NCBI RefSeq assembly: GCF_963921235.1
Contig: NC_086097.1
Span: 167,464,001 to 167,528,000 of the forward strand
Length of the DNA stretch: 64,000 nt
Origin: Mobula hypostoma
Lineage: Eukaryota
Reading direction: 5' to 3'
The stretch's first letter is position 1. Every line of letters begins with the position of its first letter. Shown in pieces: positions 45,258 to 58,119 of the stretch. The position numbers and the translations under genes were made by a program. A model generated the notes under the pieces. The model did not search any database, had not been told where the DNA came from, and was given only the letters and a program-made list of their open reading frames with translations.

Positions 45258-45619
45258 GATACACACCGAGCCTGTTCATTGCACTGAAATTGAAAAGGAT
45301 ATTAGGGTATGGGTCCTGAGTAATTGGTTAACACCTTCTGGCTGACTTAACTGAAAGGAATTCTCAGTTCAGCTGAATGGAAGTTACCATTTGGCAGTGG
45401 GTGAAAACCTAGCTTTGGTTGATAATGATTACAACTTCAATCATGAGTAAGAACATTAATGGATCAACAGAATGAGATGCAAGAATGAAAACACACACAT
45501 GGTCTTTACTGTAATCTCAGCAGTTTACTATCTGTTGTTACAAGCAAGTCAAAGACAAAATTGCTCACAACTTTAGAATCAAAAATCATAAATCTCTTAT
45601 AACAGAAATGCAGTACAAC

Positions 45620-46210
45620 AATGGTCATCTTTGATCCAGTCTGTCTCTAATGCTGGCCCACACATGCTTTCCTCAATATCACATAGAATGTGCTCTCTAG
45701 CAGTGCAGCGGTAAAATGCCTCCTGGAATGCCTAGTCCAGCCCTGGCAGTCTGACATGGTGATTATCCAACACACCTCAGTTACAGCATACACCAGTGGC
45801 AGTTGGTCAAAACAGTGCTTGTCATAGACCTTCCATCTCCAGGAGGGAAAAAAGACCTCAGTAGGACTGGGGAGTGGGAGTATGGTGGAAGGAATCCCAT
45901 GGACACGTGTGAATGTGCTTGAAACCAGTCTGTCACTGCAGATAATTGGTGGAAATGTACATTGTCCCAGATGATGATGTAATGTGGGCCATCGGGCCTG
46001 GCATCCTGCTCCTCCTTGGATGCGAAGAATTGTCCATCAAGGAATGTAATAAGGCATGGGGTGGAACACGGCCCAGTTGTTGGGATGTATGCCAGTCTGA
46101 TATGGCTGCATACATGGTAATGCTTAAACCTCTCTGGCATGGTGCCTGGACTGTAACCCTTTGCCCTACAACATCCCTCTTTCACCTCCTTGTCTTAGAC
46201 AAGGTTGGTG
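45620..46210 (-). pseudogene. IS630-Tc1-mariner DDE transposase remnant (TRT/DD37E-like)
   Basis: YIIIWDNVHFH...FLPPYS, then after a frameshift EVFFPSWRWKVYD...CQGWTRHSRR...CDIEE. TIRs not resolved. Confidence 0.7.
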
Positions 46211-46639
46211 TATCAACAGATTTGTAATGATTGTTTAATTCCTCGCAAAATAGAGCCACTTTGCATCAATGATCTGCAATTGATTGCGTCAGCTGGGGAC
46301 ATTTGATTGTGTTTTGCTTGACCTAACACTTCCAATTGATTTTTGTGTGTTATAATGACTGTTGCGTCTCGTGTTTTGCAAAAAAGAAATTCATTAGCAA
46401 TTGAGACCGGTGTACATGAAATGCGAAATGGCTGACTGTTTTGTTGAGGTGCTTGCTGTTTCGCTCATATGGAGTATAAAATTGACCACACACTCTGCAG
46501 GCTTGATCTAAGTGTTTAGGTAACTGGTTTTTCCACCCAGGTATTAAGCTGAGTGGTTCTGGAGAGTAGTTGCAAAAGGCTGTACAGCCCTCCTTAGTAC
46601 TGTGTAGAGTATTGGTGAATAATCGATGTTATTTACTAA

Positions 46640-46930
46640 CAATCTCATTACTGATGCACAGTTTGGGTTTTGCCAAGCCCACTCAGATCCAGATCTTATT
46701 ACAGCCTTGGCCCAAAAAGCTGGATTCTAAAGGTGAGGTGCATGTGATTGCTCTTGACTTGTGACAGCAATTCAATGAGTGTGACATCCTGTTCTCCAGG
46801 TCACCTGGACACCCTGGTAAAACTGAAGTGAATGGGCATCCAGGGAAAGCCCTCCCATAGCTGGAAGATGGTTGTGGTTGTTAGAGGTCAATTATCTCAG
46901 CCCAACACACCGCTACAGAGGTTGTTGGGT
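46640..46930 (+). mobile_element. Old LINE RT fragment (CR1/L2 group)
   Basis: QFGF, LDSKGEVHVIALD and KMVVVVRGQ remnants. Confidence 0.55.
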
Positions 46931-47059
46931 TAATAGATCAATGAATGCAGGTAGAGGGAGAGAGAAACAGACAAACGGTCAGGCTGACACAGGGAAAGGC
47001 AGCCAGAAATAAGGAAAAGAGAGAGATGACAACATACATCTACAGATAGAAAAAGGCAG

Positions 47060-47522
47060 GGAGATACAGACAGAGGGAGATACAGACAGAGGGAGATACA
47101 GACAGAGAGAGATACAGACAGAGGGAGATACAGAGAGAGAGATACAGACAGAGGGAGATACAGACAGAGGGAGATACAGAGGGAAATACAGACAGAGACA
47201 GATACAGACAGAGGGAGATACAGAGGGAGATACAGACAGAGAGAGATACAGACAGAGGGAGATACAGACAGAGAGAGATACAGACAGAGGGAGATACAGA
47301 CAGAGAGAGATTCAGACAGAGGGAGATACAGACAGAGGGAGATACAGAGGGAGATACAGACAGAGAGAGATACAGACAGAGGGAGATACAGACAGAGAGA
47401 TACAGACAGAGGGAGATACAGAGGGAGATACAGACAGAGAGAGATACAGACAGAGGGAGATACATACAGAGGGAGATACAGACAGACAGAGATACAGACA
47501 GAGCGAGATACAGACAGAGGGA
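47060..47522. repeat. Purine-rich minisatellite, ~16-bp unit GAGATACAGACAGAGG with 12-14 bp variants
   Basis: Directly visible. Confidence 0.95.
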
Positions 47523-48417
47523 AAAGAAGAGATGGAGCCAGACCGAAAAAGAAACACGGGCACAAGTTAAAGTTGTGAAATGTGGGTCAGAGTTGCCGCT
47601 GAAACATAAATGAGAATACTAAAATCAGCAAATCAGTGCAAATCTGAAACTATTCTGATAAAAGTGAAATTAGCTTTTCATAATTGCAAAAAAATCAAAA
47701 TTCATGCTTCACTGTTTTAATTACCATTGAACAGGAATTAGTGTTTTCATTAATGGCTGCTATAGTTCAATAATGCAGTTTCTGAAGCATAAATTAGTTC
47801 TGAAGAACATTATAGTTGACAATAGCCATTTAATTTCATGCAGCATGTAACCGAGATCAGTTTGTGTGTATTTCGGGAAATAAAGGTGCCTCGATGTGGT
47901 CATTATGTCATTGTGTCTGGTGTGCAAGGGCACCAGGTATAGAAACAAGTTGTTTCACAAGGTAGGGTGAACAAAATGGCGTTGGAGGTTTATGTGGCTA
48001 TAAATTTGTGCTGGGTATTCTATGTATTAGTCTGGCAACAGAAGAGAAAGAGCAGCACAAAGAGAGAAACAGTACGATTAGATTTGTAAAGTACCCTATC
48101 ACATTTCCCAGCAATGTTCCAAAGTGCTTTACATTTAATTCAAAGTGCTTTGAATTAAACTGACCGTTGTTATGTTGATGTAAACACAGAACTCAGTACA
48201 TCAAGTTCACAGAAACAGAATAAATAAACAGTTTGTATTTGGCAAGTCATTGAGGGAGAAACATTGGCTAAAACAGCAGAACATCACCCAGATCTTTAAA
48301 TAGAAGCTTGGGATCTTCAAATGTATCTGAACCCGAGGAATGGGCTGACAAGCCTTCTCTAAAATAAAAAACCTCAAGTTCTGTACCTTAGAAGATCCCT
48401 AAATATTTAAGTGCTAA

Positions 48418-48660
48418 GACAGGTTCACCCAAGTATTAAATACAAGAGTTCACATACTTTTTTTTCAGCCTCGACCGTGAATGGCTAAGCAAAGTGTTCA
48501 ATAAAGACGTGAAAAGTACAATTGTTTGCGTGTTATTAGTTTAGGCAGATTGTGTTTGTCTGTTATTGTGATTTAGATTAAGATCCAACCACATTTTATG
48601 AGTAATTAATGCAGAAAACCAGATAATTACAAAGGGTTCACAAACCTTTTCTTGCAACTG
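48418..48660 (+). mobile_element. Right end of an IR/DR-type Tc1 transposon
   Basis: Ends GGGTTCACAAACCTTTTCTTGCAACTG followed by TA; inner DR GAGTTCACATACTTTT at ~48446; preceded by a KY-stop-like transposase end. Confidence 0.7.
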
Positions 48661-49519
48661 TACATATGGTCTGTAGATATAGACAGACATTGGTACACAT
48701 TCAGGGGCACTCACTCACGCACGTACAAAAAACAAAAAGACACATTTGGGACACAGTAAGTTCCTTCTTCATGTAATATCATGCCATCTGTTCCTGTTAG
48801 AAAATGATCTACATCTCTGCCAAACTATTCCCGCACCAAGCCAGTCCTGGAGTTGTGAGACACCAGCACTAACTATTCCAGCTTTGTGATCTCCATATGA
48901 TGTAAACAAAAGAATATGGGAGAAGGGATTCGTTTTTACAAACCCTGCATTGATCCATGAAAATAAGCTTCTGCAAGAAGATACAGAAGCGCGAAAGCCT
49001 AGATGACCAGATTCTTTCCCTTTGCTATCAGATTTCTAAACCAATCACCTTTTTCACATCCCCTTCCTCAGTGAAGTTGCAGTGTTCTCGAGCCCAAAAT
49101 TCTGCCTCTCTTGGCTATTCTGTTATTGTCACCTTAGTGTTTCTTTTTTTGTGCTGTTTCAGACTGCACAAAAATCAAAGCACAATTCCATTATTTTCTG
49201 CCAGCCACTATTGTCATTGTTGTATCCTGCAGACTGTTCATCCAGTGAGAGTCACATGAGCAAGGAATTTCACTGTACCCTGGTGTATATGACAATAAAT
49301 AATCTGCATCTGAATCTTGCTGTAAGACATCCAGTGTCTGTTCAATTAGCAGTGAGGTTATTGTTACTGACAGTCACAGTCTGCATTAATGTAACTGTAA
49401 TGGTGTGTTTAGAATCATTTGATAATTGACAGCTTTACAATTTAATATTGGGCGATAGGGGCCGATATCTTCACCATCTTGAGTTTCATTTTTAACAAAA
49501 AGAAATTTCACTAAAAATT

Positions 49520-49700
49520 TCAGGGGGTAATTTACAGAAGCCAATTAACTATCCAACCCACGTGGGAGGAAACAAAAGCACCCAGAAGAAACCCACAGGT
49601 TCACAAGGAGAATGCGCATACTCTACACAGACAGAAGCCAAGGTCAGGTTTGAAATAACCTCCCTGGATCTGTGAGGCAGTGGCTCTACCAGCTGCATCA
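49520..49700 (-). mobile_element. V-SINE (HE1-like) fragment
   Basis: Antisense V-domain GTGGGAGGAAAC...CACCCAGAAGAAACCCAC...GGAGAATG...ACTCTACACAGAC. Confidence 0.65.
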
Positions 49701-49909
49701 ACGTGCTTGCCATATTTTAAGGTAATGCATTGCAATGAACTGCTGAGTCATCACATTGCTACAATGAGGACAGCACACATGCTCAGTCCCTTTGCATTCA
49801 GTGTGCAAAGAAGGATTGAAATTGGTTTGGGAGGCATTACCCCGTTGGTCCCTTACGAATGTCAAGCCTTGCTTAATTGTACCCTTTACCACACCCTTCT
49901 GGGTCTCAG

Positions 49910-50490
49910 AGTTCAAGTTCAAAGTTCAAAGTAAAATTTATTATCAGAGTACATACATGTCACCACATACAACACTGAGATTCTTTTTCCTGCTGATATA
50001 CTTAGCAAATCTATAGAACAGTAACTGTAAACAGGATCAATGAACAACAAGCTGTACAAATGTAAATATAATGCAAGTACAATGCCACCATGAAATAATA
50101 AGACACAGTATCCTTAAAGTGAGACCATCAGTTGTGGGAACACCAGAAATAGAATGAGTGTAATTATTCCATTTTGTTCAAGACCCTGATGGCTGAGAGG
50201 TTCTTGAACCTGGTGGTGTGAGTTCCTGAGGCACTTGTACCTTCTACCTGAAGGTAGAAGTGAGAAAAGTGGGTGGTGAAGATCTTTGGTGATAGATGAT
50301 GCTTTTCTATGGCAATATTTCATGTAGATGTGCTCAGAGGTTGGGAGTGTTTTACCTGTGATGTACTGGGCTGAATCCACTACCTTTTGTAGGATTTTCC
50401 ACTCAAAGGCGTTGGTGTTCCCATACCAGGCCGTAATGCAGCCCATCTGCACACTTTCCACCGCACATCTATCGAAGTTTGCCAAGTTTT
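49910..50490 (-). mobile_element. Rex1/Babar 3' end
   Basis: NFDRCAVES..GCITAWYGN...LQKVV...LFSLLPSGRRY; (TTTGAAC)n tail. Confidence 0.8.
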
Positions 50491-52799
50491 CTGATTTAGG
50501 AGATAGTATTTATATTTGAAGAATCCACACAGTCCTAAACAAAGGGCTGGAAAAAAGTGGAGTTAATCCTCATCAAAAAATAGAAAATAGAAGCAAGAGA
50601 AGGCCATTCTCATCTTGAGGCATCCTCCACTAGTCAATATGATTATGGCTAATCATTCACGTTGAGTTCCCTAATCCTGTATTCTCCCTGTACCCCTTAA
50701 TCCATTTGGCAATTAAAAACCATACCTTCCCCATTCTTGAATATATTTAATAACCTGGCCTCTACAGATTCTCCACCCTCTGAATGAAGAAATCTCTCCT
50801 GATCTCAGTTCTAAATGGCAAACCCCTTATAGTTCTATTTTCAGCCAACAGAGGCATTTTTTGTTGTAGATTTCTATGATTTTACATTGCCGTTTAACAG
50901 AAATAAAGTTACTGCATCAACAGTCTGATTAGTTCCAAAGCCAGAAGGCACTGTCCAACTGCAAAGCATGATTTTCGAATGAAATGTGAATTAAGTTTCT
51001 ATCATAGCAAAGTAACTCACACCGCAAAGTTGATCTAGATATATTACCCAGCAAATATTGAGTCAAGAGGGGCTCATAATTTGAAGTCTTAAAATATCAG
51101 TTCCTTAAAAATTCCAGTAAGGAAACCCTCCTTTGGGAAAATAAAACAACAGTTACTCATGATTTCCATGTTCCACTCTGCTTTCATTTTTGATATATAA
51201 AGTATAGTGATTAGAGGAAAAAATATTGTTATAAACATGATTTAAACTGTACTTTCCATTTCCTAGCCATTATCACCCTCCCTGATCAGTTACAGTGATT
51301 CATAATAAATAAACACAGGGTCACTGGAATCTGAAGCACAGAGAGAGACTTGATGACTCATTAAGATCTTGCTGGCCTTTTAATGATCAATACCATCTTT
51401 TACATATCTGTGCTCAATGGCATTGAATTATTTGGACTAAATTTGCAGCTTTGAAGTGCTTCTAACAGTACAGAGTTGAAGTGCGAATTCCAGAACTTAG
51501 TCCCTCGTTAAGGAAGAACATTTGTCTTTGTTTCTCTTATGTTTTAGTTCAAAATGCAACTTAAATCATTGTCTTCTAGTGCTTGAACCTTTCCACATTT
51601 CATCCTTCATTAATATGTTCAAAACCCTTGGTGATTTTGAACACTTCCATCAAATAAACTCTGCCTTATGGAGAATAACGCTTCCATTTCTCTGATGTAA
51701 ATCTAGCAATTCCATTTTGAACCCTCTCTAAGGCCTCCACATCCTTCCTGTAGTTCCATGCCCAGAACTATAGACAACATTCCAGCTGTACCTGCACCCA
51801 ATTTTTACAGAATTCAAAATAACTTCCTTTTTGATTTGGTCATAACACAAATTGTCGGCAAATTCCTTTCATTGGGACACTTTCCCTTTAAATTGGAATT
51901 TGCGTTTTGGGAATAATGCAGATTCGTGCTACCCATTTCCTTCAAATCTCAGTAAGTGTCAACCAAATATTCGTTGTTTCCTTCCCTTTGATCTGAACAT
52001 TTTGCTTCTATTTGGCAGGAAAATTCATATTTTCAAGCTGTTTCACTTGGATTTTAAAAAACTTTGATAAAAGCAATTGCATGTATTTTCATATGCACAA
52101 GTACGTGTATGCACAGGTGCAATAAAAGACTGCTTGCAACAGCATCATATGCACATAGTACCAGGCATACAACATTCCCAAAAACACATAATTTGTACAT
52201 TATACAATATGCAAAAAAGCACTGCTAGAAACAAAGAAACAAAGACTTTTGTGTCAAAAGTGGTCAAAGTGGTCATACCTTCTAATAAAGTAGAGATCCG
52301 GGCATGCCTTCCTTGTGATCATCTCTACTATATGTGCTGGGCACAGGGAAGTTTATCCAATGTGTAAATCCCCAGGGATTGGAAGCTGCTAAACCTCTTC
52401 ACTGCCAATTCCCCAGTGTAGACTGGTGCATGTTTGTCCTCCATCCCCTTCAGGAGTCAACAATCAGTTCTCTCGTTTCACAGACAATGAGCAAGTGTTA
52501 TCCTTTTTCCCTCTTTACCTACATGGAGGTGGTATAATCAGACTGCTCTAATTGTACAGGTTGTGTACTGAAACTTTAGGATTTAATTTATCAGTATTCA
52601 CCCTAGCAATGTTTGCTGTCCTGAACTGCCAGCTGCATCTACATCCAGGAATACTCAGCATCACACCTCTGGTTCCTCATAATCTAGATGCAGGTAAATC
52701 AGTCCATTAAGTCCAAACCAGCTCTCAGAACAATCCCCAGTCCCATCAATTCTACACTTTCTTCCTTTGTTGCCTATTCTAATATCCAGCTCTCCAATT

Positions 52800-53005
52800 T
52801 CTCTACCACCTATCTACAGAACATCCGAGGCATGTAAATTAGTGTGCAACTTACATATCTTTGGTTTATGGGAGGAAACTGGAGCACACAAAGGAAGGCA
52901 CAGGGAGTCATGGGGAGAATGAGCAAACTCCATCCAGACAATGCCTGACATGGAGATCGAACCTGGTTCAGCAGAGCTGTGAGGAGGTTGCACTAATCCT
53001 CCGCT
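52800..53005 (-). mobile_element. V-SINE (HE1-like)
   Basis: Minus-strand B-box GGTTCGATC and V-domain (GGAGTTTGCTCATTCTCCCC...TGCTCCAGTTTCCTCCCA). Confidence 0.7.
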
Positions 53006-53689
53006 AGTTGAGCTCATTGTCACAGCGATCTCATGAAAAACCTTTCTGTGTTAAAGGTACTGTATAATTGTCAGTTACTATGGTGATTGATCATTTGTTC
53101 ATTATTTTCACATGTACCCAGGTACAGCGGAAAACTTTGTTTTACATGCCATCCATACAGATCATTTCACAACGTCAGTACATTTAAGTAGTACAAGGGA
53201 AAAGCATTGAAAGATTGCAGAATGAAATGTTAGAGTCACAGAGAAAGTGCAATGCAGGCAGACAAAACAGTACAAGCCAATGTTGAGGTACATCGTGTGG
53301 CCAAGAGTCCGTTTATTAGGGATGTTTTTCATTTCAACATCAGCATGAAGTTGAACAGAAATGCAAAATTCAGTCAGGTTCCCACACAGTGAGAATGAGC
53401 CTGTGACCAGCACCAGAGCTTCCCACTGGGAAGTAGCAGACCGTTCATTTCCGCACCAGCTAAAGAAATGTGCTACTTGCCCCCAAGTTTGGTTACTTGA
53501 TGAGATTCTAACGTACCAGTGAAATGCATCAACGTATAAGTTCTCATATCATCCTGCATTCAAAACAAAACACCATCCAGCTCAGTTAGGATTTTAATAT
53601 TTAAAATACTTCAAGTTCATAAAGCAAATTGTTTGCCTCTTCAAGTGCACATGCATGGGTAAAATCAGGGCACACAGCAGAAGCAATTC

Positions 53690-53808
53690 TTTCCCTGAGG
53701 TAGGATCTCAACCTGAACCATTGCCTCCATTGATGCTGCCTGACTCGCTGAGTTCCTCCAGCAGTTTGCTTTTTGCTCCGGATTCCAGCATCTGCAGTCT
53801 CAGGTGTC
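53690..53808 (+). mobile_element. Degenerate HHR/pLTR mini-element
   Basis: GATGCTGCCTGACTCGCTGAGTTCCTCCAGC...TTCCAGCATCTGCAG tail, with a decayed core upstream. Confidence 0.65.
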
Positions 53809-53864
53809 TGCAGAAACAATTCCATGTGGATGATCATGAAGCAATGCACTTCGGTAGAAGCAGG

Positions 53865-55075
53865 AATTAAAATTGGAATTGATTTATTATTATCACATGA
53901 ACTGAGATACAGATGCAAACATTACTCAGTGTATTGAGGTAAAACACAGTAAAGCAATAAAAATGCAGAGAAAAGCTGCAGAGAAGATGCACTGCAGGTA
54001 AATGATAAGGTGCATGATCATAACAAAGTAGATTCTGAGGTCAAGAGTTCAATTTATCATAATGGGAATTGTTTAATAATCTTATGCCTGCAGATAAAAG
54101 CTATCCTTGAGCGTGGTATTGCAAGCTTTGTATCTTCTGCCCAATGGAAGAGGGGAGAAGAGAGAATGTCCACGTGGGGTGGTAACTTTAATTATAGTGG
54201 GGAGGCTGGTTTCCATGTTGTGCTGATCTGTGTCCACAACTCTCTGCAATTTCTTGCTGTCACGTGCAAAATAGTTGCTATACCAAGCGTGATGCATGGA
54301 GATAGGATGCTTTCTACGTTGCATTGATAAAAATTGCTAAGGGTCAATGGGACACGCCAAATTTCTTTACCTCCTCAGGAAACAGAAGTGTTGGTGAGCT
54401 TTCTTGTTGGTTACGGCTATGTGGTTGGATCATAGAAACATAGAAACATAGAAAATAGGTGCAGGAGTAGGCCATTCGGCCCTTCAAGCCTGCACCGCCA
54501 TTCAGTATGATCATGGCTGATCATCCAACTCAGAACCCTGTACCTGCCTTCTCTCCATACCCCCTGATCACTTTAGTCACAAGAGCCATACCTAACTCCC
54601 TCTTAAATGTAGCCAATGAACTGGCCTCAACTGTTTCCTGTGGCAGAGGATTCCACAGATGCACCACTCTCTGTGTGAAGAAGTTTTTCCTCATCTCGGT
54701 CCTAAAGGGCATCCCCTTTATCCTCAGACTGTGACCCCTCGTTCTGGACTTCCCCAACATCGGGAACAATCTTCCTACATCTACTCTGTCCAATCCCTTT
54801 AGAATTTTGTACGTTTCAATAAGATCCCCCATCTATCTTCTAAATTCCAGAGAGTATAAGCCTAGTCGATCCAGTCTTTCATCATATGAAAGTCTTGCCA
54901 TCCCAGGAATCAATCTGGTGAACCTTCTTTGTACTCTTTTGTACTTCTTTGTACTGATCGGAACAGGCTATTGGTGATGTGCATTCTTAGGAACCTGAAG
55001 CTCTCAAACTTCTCAACCTCAACACCATTGATATAAACAGGAACCTGACCTCTTCCTGAAAACAATGACTAGCTC
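53865..55075 (-). mobile_element. Rex1/Babar 3' part interrupted by a CR1
   Basis: KKLQRVVD...HSLFSPLPLGRRY; a VEKFESFRFL-like segment lies beyond the insert. Confidence 0.7.
54432..54955 (-). mobile_element. Young ~500-bp CR1 3' fragment
   Basis: ORF 54530-54832; GATC on both flanks; near-twin of 15573-16090. Confidence 0.85.
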
Positions 55076-55824
55076 TTTTTTTTTCCAGAAACGTATTTGT
55101 TGATAACTTGAGGATCTACAAAGCCAGACTCTCAACAAAGTCCCAGAATCATAGAGTCACACAACATGGAACCAGGCTCTTTGGCGCAACTCGTCCATGC
55201 TGATCAAGATGACAAGTCAAACCAAGTTTACTCATGTGCAGACACAATGAGAAACTTGATTGCAGCAAAATCACAACGCATAAGTAAGCCCACCAAAGTT
55301 AGTCCCATCTGCCTGCATTTGGCCCATTTCCTTCAAAACCTTTCCTAGCCATGCACTATCCTACAATGCTAGAGAAGAGCGGGGCAAGTCAGGCTGGGAT
55401 CACTGAACTCTGATGAATATAAAAACAAGGAAACCATGCAGGATCTCATCACCCTGGAGGGAGTCAGAGAAGGTTTACAAGAGTGTTTGGTCTTGTGGAA
55501 CTATGGAGAAGCTGCGGTCACTTCCTTTATTGTGAAGAATTTTATTGCAAGAAGGAAAATCACAATGTCTCGCTCGATCTCTCAGATCTATGATATAATC
55601 ATCAAATTTTTCCCACTGGCATCAGATTACTCCAGCTAAATTTGTAGCTTTGAAATATTTCTGACAGTGTTGAGTTGAAGTGTGACTTTAATTTTTCAAC
55701 CACACAGTCATTTAGGACATAAATTGCAACAAGTGGTGCCTACAGTCAGCCAGTGGCTTCCCCTCCCATTAATAATGTGACTTCCTTCCACTCACAAAAT
55801 GTTTTTTATTTTTCACATTTTCAG

Positions 55825-56620
55825 AGTCATCGTCATAGAGTCATACAGTATAGAAACAGGCCTTTCAGTCGAGCTCATCTATACTGACAGATGGGATTAG
55901 CTCGCCTGTTTTCCAGTGAGCTAGTCCCATTAACCTCATTTAGCAATAGCCCTCGAAATCTCTAATATCCATGTATTTATCTAAGTGGTTTTCAAATGTT
56001 GCTAATGTGCCTGCCACAACCACTACCACCAACAGCACTGCTCTTTGCATGATGAAGCTGTCTCTAATATCCCTTTTAAATCTCTCACCTCTGACTTTAA
56101 ACTTGTGCCCACTTTGTTTTAGCATCTCATCCCTGGGGGAGACAATGTGCTTTTACCGGTCATATATTTATATCGCTCTGTCAGGTCACCCCTTTGTTTA
56201 TATCTTCTACATAGAACACAGTACAGGACAAGAACAAGCCCATGGTGAACTTTTGCATAAAAAATTGTAGAAATTTATGAACAAATTTCACCTCAGCTCT
56301 GGCCAAATGGTTGACCCTTTATTTTAAGCCAGTTATCCCTGATTCTTGAAACTAATGCATAAAATTCTACATCTACCCCATCAATACCCATGGGAATTCC
56401 ATCACTGAAATCACCTTCCATTTTCCTAAATTCCAGAGAGCATGGTGCAAGTCTGCTTAATCTTTCAACATACAGCAATCCCAGGAATCAATCTGGCTAA
56501 TCTTCACTGCACTCTCTCTGCACACTGTACATTTATCTTTCCTCAGGAAGGGAAATCAGACCTTAACGCAATATCACAAATGTGGTCTTACCAGGGCTCT
56601 GCATTATTGGAAATAGATCC
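55825..56620 (-). mobile_element. Degenerate CR1 3' fragments
   Basis: GHKFKVRGERFKRD and YVERLSRL..LEFRKM remnants; ATAGAGTC tail. Confidence 0.6.
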
Positions 56621-56784
56621 TCAAATTCTCTGGAAATAAGGGCCATTATACATTTCTCTTCCTCGGTACCTGGTGCACATGGACTTTCAGTGATTCATGA
56701 ATATCCACATCCCTTTAAACACCAATATAGTTTGATTAATTTAAGAGATAATTCTACTATTTTTTCTACCATGTTTTCTATGTG

Positions 56785-56915
56785 ATGCGTGCATGAGCAG
56801 GTGTGAGTTTTGTGTGTCTGTTTCTGTCTGTGTGCATGCATGTACGTGCATGTGCATGATTGTGTGTGAGTGCTTTTGTGTGTGTGCACATCCCACGCAC
56901 ATACGTGTACATGTA
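56785..56915. repeat. Degenerate (TG)n/(CATG)n simple repeat
   Basis: Directly visible. Confidence 0.85.
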
Positions 56916-57570
56916 TTGACCTAATTCTTCAGTTTAAATGGATTCTGTTATTACTAGGGAAAGTTCTCTCAGCCCTGGCCAAGGCAGTGTTTAAAATAAA
57001 CCTTTGGAAATGTGTTTTTTTTAGTTTTTCTAATCCCTCAGCTGAACAACATTTTAAACAGGTTTTGTCATAAGCAATGAGGTGCCAAAACACAGACAAC
57101 AGGTTCTAGATGAACATAAGGAATTTGGACTCTGGAAGCAGTGATCCACACCTGCACACCGTTTCATTCACACTTTGTAACATAACTTCGTTATTTTCTA
57201 GTACCCCTCATTAATAAAGCTAAATTTCCAGAGAAGAAATAGAGCTTGGATTTACATAGAACCTTTTGTCACTTCCAGAATTCAGCTACTTCTAATTGAA
57301 TGTTCTAAAGTGTAGACACTGATGTAAGTAGGAAACACAGTGTCCAATTTGTTCCCGTTTACAGGACTGTAAATAAGGACGGGATGATCTGTTTTCGTCA
57401 CATTGATTGTGGGATAAATACTCTTCAGTGGAGGGAATGTTCTGCTAAAGCCAGCTCATGATAGACCCTTCCAGACCCAATCAACCTTTCTGGTCAGTCA
57501 GCTGAATAACAGGCCAGGTAGCATAACTCCCTTACTCTTCCATGAAATAATGTTCTGGGATCTATTAAAG

Positions 57571-57648
57571 CAGGGGTCCCCAACCTTTTTTATGCCATAA
57601 ATACATACCGTTAACCAAGGGGTCCATAGACCCAGATTGGGAACCCCC
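57571..57648. mobile_element. 78-bp hAT/Charlie-type MITE
   Basis: TIR CAGGGGTCCCCAAC / ATTGGGAACCCC; degenerate 8-bp TSD TATTAAAG/TTTTAGAG. Confidence 0.7.
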
Positions 57649-57649
57649 T

Positions 57650-57940
57650 TTTAGAGTCATACAGAATCAAGTTCTTTGACCTACTGAAACTCGTGTTAAC
57701 ATCAAGCACTCATTTGCACTAATCCTCAATAATCCCATTTTATTATTCCCACATTCCCATCAACTCCATCCAGATTCAACCACTCATCCAATTAACAATG
57801 ATGAATTATAGCCCACCAACTTGGTTCTTTGGAATGTGGGAAGAACCAGGAGCACCTGGGAGAAACCTATGTAGTTGCATGGAATGTCAAATGTCAGGAT
57901 AGAACCCAGATCACTGGAGCTCAGAGAGAAAAACTGTTGC
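57650..57940 (-). mobile_element. V-SINE (HE1-like) fragment
   Basis: TTTGGAATGTGGGAAGAACCAGGAGCACCTGGGAGAAACC and ATAGAACCCAG (antisense B-box-like). Confidence 0.6.
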
Positions 57941-58119
57941 ACCTTTTCAAGGAGTAATAAAACAAGCAGAGATACGCAAAGGACTTGCATTAGAATTGGT
58001 TTCCTTTGGCAAAGAATTAGTCACATACATGGCAGACTGAAGTAGCAAGAGAAGATGGTGAGTTGGGTGGGCGTACAATGTACACAAGAGGCCAGTGTCC
58101 GTAAAGCAAAGGGCATGGA

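Noticed and set aside
46930..47565. ORFs of 211, 141 and 83 aa
   Set aside because: They are translations of a stop-free minisatellite.
52940..53005. tRNA gene
   Set aside because: The B-box belongs to a decayed SINE head and no cloverleaf can be formed.
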